DNA of 64,000 bases from Candidatus Magasanikiibacteriota bacterium. Lineage in GTDB: Bacteria; Patescibacteriota; Patescibacteriia; Magasanikbacterales; GWA2-37-8. The notes beneath the pieces were generated by a model. It saw only the letters and a list, made by a program, of their open reading frames with translations, ran no database searches and was not told the DNA's origin. Of this stretch, positions 55,675 to 62,635 are shown piece by piece; the stretch's first letter is position 1; each line of letters begins with the position of its first letter. The stretch lies in the NCBI GenBank assembly GCA_041665405.1, contig JBAYIZ010000001.1:26618-90617 (forward strand), read 5' to 3'. Made by a program: the position numbers and the translations under genes.

Positions 55675-56067
55675 ATGCATACTAAAATTAAAGGGGATAT
55701 AGGGGAATTATTAGTAGCGGCAGATCTTTTAGAAAAAGGGTGGATGGTTTCGCTGCCAATCAGCGAAAACACCAGATACGACTTGATAATCGAAAAAAAT
55801 GGAAAAATAAAACGGGTACAAGTAAAAGCGGTTGTACCAAAGAATGGGGCAATGATTATCAATTGTCGGTCGTCAAATAATTGGAATGTTATAAACTACA
55901 CAAAGAAAGATTTTGAAATTTTAGCCGCAGTGGATATAATTTCAAAAAATGTTTATTATATACCAGTAAAATGTATAAATAGAAGATGCATTAATTTACG
56001 ACTAACAGCGTCGAAAAATAGACAAGAGAAAAATATAAATTTAGCAAAGAGTTTTTTGAAAATATAA
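55675..56067 (+). CDS. PD-(D/E)XK-type nuclease-like small protein, wedged between tRNA-Thr and intron-containing tRNA-Tyr
   Basis: GDIGE...YDLII..EKNGKIKRVQVK resembles a G-E / D / E-x-K restriction-endonuclease-like core; true start taken as ATG 55675. Confidence 0.45.
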   Translation: MHTKIKGDIGELLVAADLLEKGWMVSLPISENTRYDLIIEKNGKIKRVQVKAVVPKNGAMIINCRSSNNWNVINYTKKDFEILAAVDIISKNVYYIPVKCINRRCINLRLTASKNRQEKNINLAKSFLKI

Positions 56068-56072
56068 TTATT

Positions 56073-56338
56073 GGGCAGATACCAAAGTGGTTAAATGGGA
56101 CAGACTGTGAACAATTGCAGCTCTTAGGGGAAACCCTAGGATGAACTCTCTGGGATAACGGTGAAGGCTAATGGGGGTGCTAATACCGTGGGAACTCCGA
56201 AATGTTCGGGGAGCGCCGTAGAGACTAGATACCAGAGTACCCTTCGTGGGTAAAGATATAGTCCATGCCGTAAGGAAACTTATGGATAAGTGAAATCTGT
56301 TGGCTCCGCCTTCGAAGGTTCGAATCCTTCTCTGCCCA
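56073..56338 (+). tRNA. tRNA-Tyr (anticodon GUA) interrupted by a group I intron in the anticodon loop
   Basis: Exons reconstitute GGGCAGATACCAAAGTGGTTAAATGGGACAGACTGT|AAATCTGTTGGCTCCGCCTTCGAAGGTTCGAATCCTTCTCTGCCCA, closely matching bacterial tRNA-Tyr including the long variable arm. Confidence 0.8.
56109..56292 (+). ncRNA. Group I intron (~184 nt, subgroup-IC3-like, no ORF)
   Basis: Starts G and ends G; IGS GCAG can pair with the exon end CUGU (G-U at splice site); P2 TAGGG-GAAA-CCCTA; CGTAGAGACTAGA matches the P7/J6-7 core of the Azoarcus tRNA-Ile intron. Confidence 0.7.
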
Positions 56339-56394
56339 CTTAGACCGCCATAGCTTTTGCGAAGGCAGTCCAAAATAAATTATTAATTGAACAT

Positions 56395-56547
56395 ATGTCA
56401 CAAGAAAAATTGGCAAAATTGGAGTGTTCAGAATGTAAGCGTGTGAGTTATTTTACAACTCGCAACAAAAAGCTAAAGACTCGCTTGCAATTGAAAAAAC
56501 ACTGCAAACATTGCAAAAAACACAATGAATTTAAGGAAACAAAATAA
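56395..56547 (+). CDS. rpmG: 50S ribosomal protein L33
   Basis: Translation MSQEKLAKLECSECKRVSYFTTRNKKLKTRLQLKKHCKHCKKHNEFKETK has the L33 C4 zinc ribbon and NK...L.LKK..C..C motif; 50 aa, below the ORF-track cutoff. Confidence 0.8.
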   Translation: MSQEKLAKLECSECKRVSYFTTRNKKLKTRLQLKKHCKHCKKHNEFKETK

Positions 56548-56559
56548 GCCTTTTGGTTT

Positions 56560-57345
56560 ATGAGTTTTTTTACCACTCTATACAATAGTTTGTATAATTT
56601 TAAATGGCTTCGTGACCAGAAGAATAATTCGAGCTGGGCTTGGGGCTATTTTTTTCTATTGATATTTTTGGTGGCTGGTTTATCGACTGTTTCTCTGGGG
56701 TATAAATATTTTGAAGAAGCTCCAAAATTAAAGCAGATGGTATATAGTGAATTGCCTGAATTTCAAGCAGAAGTAAAGGATGGGCAATTACAAGTGACTG
56801 GTATAGAACAGCCATATATAAAAAGTTTTGAAAATTTTGCTATCGTGGTAGATACAGTAGCGACTGGTACACTGGATATAAAAAGTTTTGTAAAACAAGA
56901 TACACAGTCAGTATTGTTGGTCACCAAAGATAATTTTGAAGTATATGACGGTCAAAGTAAAACCATCAAGAAACAATCAGTAAAAGAATTTAATAATTCC
57001 AAAACAGATCGAGCTGATGTTTTGAAGATTGCTGATAGTGCATTTAGCAATAAGATTATCTGGATGGTAATAATTTTCTGTTTTGTTATATTGTTTATAT
57101 TTTTTGTTGTTAGTAATTTGCTCAACGTGCTGTTTATCAGTTATTTGTTTTACTCTATTACGAAATATAAAAAGTTGGGCTGGAAATTTAAGGAAGTATT
57201 TACTGTTGGTTTGTTTACTGTGACCTTGCCATTAATTCTCACTCAAGCTGCTCCAAGTTTTTATCTAAATTGGGTATTCATGTTGGTGTTTGCTGGTTGG
57301 ATGTATTTGGTGGTGATTAAAAAAGATAAGGTGGTAAAAGAATAG
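56560..57345 (+). CDS. Hypothetical membrane protein
   Basis: TM helices at the N-terminus and in the C-terminal third; no motif. Confidence 0.4.
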   Translation: MSFFTTLYNSLYNFKWLRDQKNNSSWAWGYFFLLIFLVAGLSTVSLGYKYFEEAPKLKQMVYSELPEFQAEVKDGQLQVTGIEQPYIKSFENFAIVVDTVATGTLDIKSFVKQDTQSVLLVTKDNFEVYDGQSKTIKKQSVKEFNNSKTDRADVLKIADSAFSNKIIWMVIIFCFVILFIFFVVSNLLNVLFISYLFYSITKYKKLGWKFKEVFTVGLFTVTLPLILTQAAPSFYLNWVFMLVFAGWMYLVVIKKDKVVKE

Positions 57346-57378
57346 CAAATAGTGTATAGTATTTTTGCAGACAAACAT

Positions 57379-57449
57379 AGGGGCGTCGTATAGTGGTAGT
57401 ACTTCTCTCTCCAAAAGAGATTGCGTGGGTTCGATTCCTACCGCCCCTG
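57379..57449 (+). tRNA. tRNA-Trp (anticodon CCA)
   Basis: AGGGGCG..CGCCCCT-G acceptor; anticodon loop CTCCAAA; close to E. coli tRNA-Trp. Confidence 0.85.
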
Positions 57450-57455
57450 CTAAGT

Positions 57456-57486
57456 AAAACCAGATGAATTATAATCTGGTTTTTTG
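57456..57486 (+). terminator. Intrinsic terminator (AAACCAGAT..ATCTGGTTTTTT)
   Basis: 9-bp stem plus T-run after tRNA-Trp. Confidence 0.6.
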
Positions 57487-57537
57487 ATTGACGGTTAACC
57501 ATAAAAAATCGTATACTATACAGTATTATATACAAAC

Positions 57538-58773
57538 ATGAATCAAGCCCACGCACTGAAAATTCTCCAATCTGGCGATAACGTTTTTCTCACCGGTTCT
57601 GCCGGAAGCGGAAAGACTTTTTTATTGAATCAATTCATTGATTATCTCAAAAGCAACAAAACAAAAGTGGGAATAACGGCGTCTACTGGTATCGCCGCCA
57701 CCCATTTGAACGGGCGTACTATTCATTCTTGGTGTGGGATGGGGATAGCCAAAAAAATGACCAAAAAACAAATTAACAAGGTTTTGAAACGGAAAGATTT
57801 GTTTGATCGTATAAAAAGCGCTCAGGTTTTAATCATTGATGAGATCTCGATGTTGGACGCGGCTAGTTTGGATTTGGTAGATAAAATTTGCAAGGCGGCC
57901 AAAAATCCGTTTATGCCATTTGGAGGAATGCAAATTGTTTTGTGTGGTGATTTTTTTCAACTACCACCTATTGGTAAAGATGCAAAATTTTCGTTTCAGG
58001 CATTTTCTTGGGAGGAAGCCGGTATTAAGGTTTGTTATTTGGATGAACAGTTTCGCCAAGACGATTCGGAGTTTTTAAAAGTTTTAAATAAAATTCGTAC
58101 CAATGAAGCAGGTGAAAAAGAATTGGCAATTCTAAAAAATAGATTACATAAAAAAGTTACTCATTTGCCAAAGGTCACCAAACTCTATACTCACAATGTA
58201 AATGTGGATATGCTCAATGAATTGGAGCTTTCAAATATTGAACAGCCAGAAGAAATATTTCAGATGATCGAACAAGGTCCACAAGATCTCGTTGAATTTT
58301 TAAAAAAGAGCTATCCAGTTGTGTCTGCATTAAAATTAAAAGTAGGCGCGATAGTGATGTTTATTAAAAATAATTTCGAAGCTGGGTATGTAAACGGCAC
58401 TCTAGGACAAGTGGTGGATTTTGATGAAGATGGCTTGCCAGTAATTAAAACAAAAAATAAAAATCGTTTGGTGGCCAAACCAGTAAGTTGGAATATTGAA
58501 GAAGACGAAACAATATTAGCGAGTATCAAACAAGTGCCTCTGCGTTTGGCTTGGGCGATAACCGTACACAAAAGTCAGGGGATGAGTTTGGATGCCGCTG
58601 AAATTGATTTATCCAAATCATTTGAACGGGGGATGGGGTATGTGGCTTTGTCACGTGTGCGTGCACTAGATGGTATTTGTCTGTTGGGTATAAATGAGAT
58701 GGCTTTGAAGGTGAATGAAGCAGTTGTAAAAAAAGATAAGGAGTTCAAGAAGTTATCCGCGAAAAATAAATGA
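57538..58773 (+). CDS. PIF1/RecD-family ATP-dependent DNA helicase
   Basis: Walker A GSAGSGKT, Walker B LIIDEISM, C-terminal AITVHKSQG motif. Confidence 0.8.
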   Translation: MNQAHALKILQSGDNVFLTGSAGSGKTFLLNQFIDYLKSNKTKVGITASTGIAATHLNGRTIHSWCGMGIAKKMTKKQINKVLKRKDLFDRIKSAQVLIIDEISMLDAASLDLVDKICKAAKNPFMPFGGMQIVLCGDFFQLPPIGKDAKFSFQAFSWEEAGIKVCYLDEQFRQDDSEFLKVLNKIRTNEAGEKELAILKNRLHKKVTHLPKVTKLYTHNVNVDMLNELELSNIEQPEEIFQMIEQGPQDLVEFLKKSYPVVSALKLKVGAIVMFIKNNFEAGYVNGTLGQVVDFDEDGLPVIKTKNKNRLVAKPVSWNIEEDETILASIKQVPLRLAWAITVHKSQGMSLDAAEIDLSKSFERGMGYVALSRVRALDGICLLGINEMALKVNEAVVKKDKEFKKLSAKNK

Positions 58774-58850
58774 AGTATTTATTTAGTTATTAGCAACTGA
58801 TATACTAGAGTAGTATTAGAAAAATGAATTTAGTTTTTATTAGATTATAT

Positions 58851-59261
58851 ATGTCTAATGGATCAAGTATTCGTATACCTGAACACGAGCTAAACATAAC
58901 ATTCGCGCGGTCTGGTGGCGCGGGTGGGCAAAATGTAAACAAAACATCGACTAAGGCTATCGTCCATTGGTCTATTAGTCGTTCAAAAGTTTTGTCTTGG
59001 GAGGAAAAAGTACTAGTAAGAACCAAATTGGCAAATAGAATAAATAATAATGACGAAGTAGTGATAATGTCCGAGGAAGAACGTTCGCAATCGCAAAATC
59101 GTGCGCTGGCTGTAGCGCGATTGCAGATGTTGGTGGCGCGTGCTTTGCATGTGCCAAAATCACGACGACCGACTCGGCCAACGAAAGCATCAAAAGTACG
59201 TCGTATTGAATCAAAAAAAATCCGCTCACTAGTGAAAGAGGGAAGGAAAGCGATAGAATAG
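58851..59261 (+). CDS. arfB: ArfB-like peptidyl-tRNA hydrolase (class I release-factor GGQ domain with basic tail)
   Basis: GGQ motif in SGGAGGQNVNKTSTKA and Arg/Lys-rich C-terminus; ORF-track start at 58824 possible. Confidence 0.7.
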   Translation: MSNGSSIRIPEHELNITFARSGGAGGQNVNKTSTKAIVHWSISRSKVLSWEEKVLVRTKLANRINNNDEVVIMSEEERSQSQNRALAVARLQMLVARALHVPKSRRPTRPTKASKVRRIESKKIRSLVKEGRKAIE

Positions 59262-59262
59262 T

Positions 59263-59514
59263 ATGTATTATCTCTACATACTTGAATGTGCAGACAAGAC
59301 ATTGTATACTGGTATTACTGTGGATTTGGATCGTCGGGTAAATGAGCATAATATGTCGAAATTGGGGGCCAAATATACGCATGCGCGACGACCGGTGAAA
59401 TTGGTATATTCCAAAAAGTTTAGAAATCGCTCTTTGGCATCAAAGGCAGAGAGTAAGATAAAACAAATGACAAGAGAGGAAAAAATAGAAGTAGTTCATT
59501 CGTTCAAAAAATAA
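59263..59514 (+). CDS. GIY-YIG-domain protein (YhbQ/UPF0213-like)
   Basis: YYLYILECADKTLYTGITVDLDRRVNEHN is a textbook GIY-YIG N-terminus. Confidence 0.8.
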   Translation: MYYLYILECADKTLYTGITVDLDRRVNEHNMSKLGAKYTHARRPVKLVYSKKFRNRSLASKAESKIKQMTREEKIEVVHSFKK

Positions 59515-59616
59515 AAAACGTCTTTAGACGATGGGTATTGGTGATTGTGTCTGGTCTGTGCGATCACATTCATCGTTTGGAGGCGAATCAGGTTGTTCTT
59601 TTCCCAGGAGGTGCTC

Positions 59617-59859
59617 ATGAGCCGGGTGTATTGCGGGTGCTCAGACGAACCCATTGCCAGGATCGACGATCGGAAGGATCTTTCCTTCAGTGGGCTTTGT
59701 GAGGCCTGTTACCAGAGGGGTGGAGATTACGGACGGCCGGTGGACGTCCCTGTCATCGTCCGCCCTGCCTCGGGTACTGCGGATGTCCTTCCTTTTGTGC
59801 CCAAGAGGAAGACGACGCAGAAGGAGAGGAGGGCCACCGCGGTGTTGAAGGTGGGCTAG
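59617..59859 (+). CDS. Small Cys-containing protein (putative 4-Cys zinc ribbon CxC...CxxC with basic tail), encoded in GC-rich islet 3
   Basis: GGAGGtgctcATG SD; 80 aa; GC-rich unlike neighbours; alternative upstream start at 59545. Confidence 0.4.
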   Translation: MSRVYCGCSDEPIARIDDRKDLSFSGLCEACYQRGGDYGRPVDVPVIVRPASGTADVLPFVPKRKTTQKERRATAVLKVG

Positions 59860-59941
59860 CTCCACGTAGTCAGAGTTCTGTGGCCGACTCGTTAAACAAA
59901 GGCCACACAGATATAAAATAACAATTTTAAAAAAGCTTTAT

Positions 59942-59985
59942 AAAACCATACGCTAATGGTATGAATTTGACAGCGTATGGTTTTT
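59942..59985 (+). terminator. Strong hairpin (AAAACCATACGCT..AGCGTATGGTTTTT)
   Basis: 12-bp stem plus T-run between islet 3 and mntH. Confidence 0.55.
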
Positions 59986-60063
59986 GTGTTTTAATATAGA
60001 CAACATTACTCTTCTATTTATAAGTTTCTTCTTCTTATCGTTTTTATAGCTGAATTTCGGCTG

Positions 60064-61428
60064 TTGTCTATTTTTTATTTTATGACTCATGTCAATTGGT
60101 TTAAATCTCGTAATTGGGTGAACGCGGACATTACTTTAGATAAAAGTTTGTCTGAATCACACAAATCTATCCCTGTCCCAAAAGGAATGCCTTTTTGGAA
60201 AAAGATGTTGGCATTTTCTGGTCCTGGTTATCTGGTAGCAGTTGGATATATGGATCCAGGAAATTGGGCTACCGATTTAGCGGGTGGTTCTAAATTTGGA
60301 TATACTTTATTATTTGTTATTTTGCTATCAAATTTGTTTGCAATGTTGTTGCAACATTTATCGGCCAAATTAGGCATTGTGACCGGTCGTGACCTAGCGC
60401 AAATTTGTCGTGATAATTTTGGTAAACGTACTAGCATATTTCTTTGGTTAATGGCAGAGATTATGATCGTGGCTTGCGATTTAGCAGAGGTAATTGGTTC
60501 AGCGATAGCGTTGAATTTACTATTCAAAATTCCGTTGATTGTCGGTGTGCTCATTACCGCTGCCGATGTTTTTATTTTATTATTATTACAAAATAAAGGA
60601 TTTCGTTATCTCGAAGCGTTGGTAATTGTTTTGGTAGGAACGGTCATGGCCGCATTTGGTTTTGAATTGTTTTTTTCTCAACCATCAATTAGCGCAATTT
60701 TTGGTGGATTTGTTCCGACTGCCGAATTATTTACCAATAAAGAAATGCTATATATTGGTATTGGTATTCTCGGAGCTACAGTGATGCCACATAATTTATA
60801 TTTGCATTCGGCTATCGTACAGACACGTGCTTACGAAGAAACAGAAGAAGGAAAAAAAGAAGCGGTTAAATTTTTGACGATTGATTCGACTGTGGCTTTG
60901 TTGTTTGCGTTTTTTATCAATGCGGCAATTTTGATTGTGTCTGCTTCCACTTTCTTTACACGCGGGATGAACGGTATAGCAGAAATTTCTCAAGCATATG
61001 ATTTGTTAACACCGCTGTTGGGTGCTAGTTTGGCAAGCATTTTATTTGCAGTTGCCTTATTGGCTTCTGGTCAAAATTCTACTATTACCGGTACTTTGGC
61101 TGGGCAGATTATTATGGAAGGATTCTTAAAAATAAAATTAGTGCCATGGTTGCGTCGTTTGATTACTCGCGGGTTGGCTATTATTCCAGCGGTGGGGGTG
61201 ATTTTATACTTTGGCACTGGTAGTTTGACCAAACTTCTTATTTTGAGCCAAGTAGTATTAAGTATTCAATTGCCGTTTGCAGTTTTTCCGCTAGTTTATT
61301 TTACTAGCAGCAAGAAACATCTTGGTAATTTTGCTAATGGGTTACTGATTAAAATATTGGCTTGGCTAATTGCCGGCATTATCGCAGGATTAAATATTTA
61401 TTTGGTTACGATGCTATTGCTGGGTTAA
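60064..61428 (+). CDS. mntH: NRAMP-family divalent metal (Mn2+/Fe2+) transporter
   Basis: GPGYLVAVGYMDPGNWATDLAGG and MPHNLYLHS signatures; ~11-12 TM. Confidence 0.9.
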   Translation: MSIFYFMTHVNWFKSRNWVNADITLDKSLSESHKSIPVPKGMPFWKKMLAFSGPGYLVAVGYMDPGNWATDLAGGSKFGYTLLFVILLSNLFAMLLQHLSAKLGIVTGRDLAQICRDNFGKRTSIFLWLMAEIMIVACDLAEVIGSAIALNLLFKIPLIVGVLITAADVFILLLLQNKGFRYLEALVIVLVGTVMAAFGFELFFSQPSISAIFGGFVPTAELFTNKEMLYIGIGILGATVMPHNLYLHSAIVQTRAYEETEEGKKEAVKFLTIDSTVALLFAFFINAAILIVSASTFFTRGMNGIAEISQAYDLLTPLLGASLASILFAVALLASGQNSTITGTLAGQIIMEGFLKIKLVPWLRRLITRGLAIIPAVGVILYFGTGSLTKLLILSQVVLSIQLPFAVFPLVYFTSSKKHLGNFANGLLIKILAWLIAGIIAGLNIYLVTMLLLG

Positions 61429-61435
61429 ATATTTT

Positions 61436-62197
61436 TTGTTAGAATGGATGGGTATGAAAATTATCTTCTTAGGAACAAATGGTTGGTATGATTCGGCTGT
61501 TGGTAGTACAGTTAGTGCTCTTATCGATAGTAAAGACGCCTACATCATTTTAGACGCTGGATTTGGTATTGTTAAAGCTCGAGACTATATTAAAGAAGAC
61601 AAGCCGGTGTATTTATTTTTGACTCATTTTCACATGGATCATGTTTGTGGTTTGCATGCGTTATCTCGCCTAAACATAAAACAGCCCCTGACTATTTTTA
61701 GTCACAGTGGTTTGAAAAAAATGTTGAAAACGATTTTTGATCATCCCTATGCTATGCCGCTGTCAGACATGAGTTTTCAAATCAAAACGGTAGAGTTAAA
61801 GGAAGGTAATTTTATTCAGCCGATAAAATTTGAATGTCGCAGTTTGGATCACATTGATTATACTTTTGGTTATCGCTTTTATTTAGAGGATAAAATTATT
61901 TCTTATTGTAGTGATACTAAGCCGTGTATTAATGATATAAAATTGGCAGATGGCGCTGATTTGTTAATACATGAATGTGGTTGGAATATTCGACCGGCAG
62001 ATGATTTTTGGGGACATACCGATCCAGAGGGGGCAGGGGAGGTAGCCGCAAAAGCGAGAGCCAAAAAACTTTGTCTGACACATTTTGGCCCCAATGCTTT
62101 TGAAACACGCGCCAAAAGATTCGATGGTCAAAAACGAGCGAGAAAAATTTTCAAAAATACCCTGTCTGCGTTTGATGGTATGGTAGTGAAAGTATAA
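61436..62197 (+). CDS. Metallo-beta-lactamase-fold hydrolase (RNase Z-like)
   Basis: HxHxDH motif (THFHMDHVCG) and downstream His/Asp ligands. Confidence 0.7.
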   Translation: MLEWMGMKIIFLGTNGWYDSAVGSTVSALIDSKDAYIILDAGFGIVKARDYIKEDKPVYLFLTHFHMDHVCGLHALSRLNIKQPLTIFSHSGLKKMLKTIFDHPYAMPLSDMSFQIKTVELKEGNFIQPIKFECRSLDHIDYTFGYRFYLEDKIISYCSDTKPCINDIKLADGADLLIHECGWNIRPADDFWGHTDPEGAGEVAAKARAKKLCLTHFGPNAFETRAKRFDGQKRARKIFKNTLSAFDGMVVKV

Positions 62198-62355
62198 AAT
62201 AATTAAGATAAAAATCCGCCATTTAAATAAGGCGGATTCTTTTTTTGCTACACTACAACGAAATGCACCGTCTTGACAGTTATTTACATTTAATATATTA
62301 TATACCTATACCTATGGTCTAGGTACTAACATAAATTAATAAATAATGTAAAATT

Positions 62356-62631
62356 ATGATAGAACCATACAAAGGAAAAATCAAGTTGAGTCTCAAAAAA
62401 GCTCAAGGACAGCTTAAATTATTGGATAAAATGATTGAAGAAGATCGCTATTGTATTGATGTGGCTCAACAGATCAATGCCGCGATTGGTTTGTTAAAAC
62501 AAATAAATAACACCATTTTAGAAAATCATTTGCAAAGTTGTGGTACCAATAAACTGAATTCCAGGAGCACTGAAGAAAAAGCTCAGTTTATCAAAGAATT
62601 AATTAAAACTTTTAATTTAACTGGTAAATAA
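62356..62631 (+). CDS. csoR: CsoR/RcnR-family metal-sensing transcriptional repressor
   Basis: Four-helix-bundle pattern with Cys...His...Cys ligands (YCIDVAQQ...ENHLQSC). Confidence 0.7.
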   Translation: MIEPYKGKIKLSLKKAQGQLKLLDKMIEEDRYCIDVAQQINAAIGLLKQINNTILENHLQSCGTNKLNSRSTEEKAQFIKELIKTFNLTGK

Positions 62632-62635
62632 TATT

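Noticed and set aside
56068-56416. Minus-strand ORFs 56068-56373 (101 aa) and 56225-56416 (63 aa)
   Set aside because: They lie antisense across the intron-containing tRNA-Tyr. The sequence there is explained by the tRNA exons and the group I intron.
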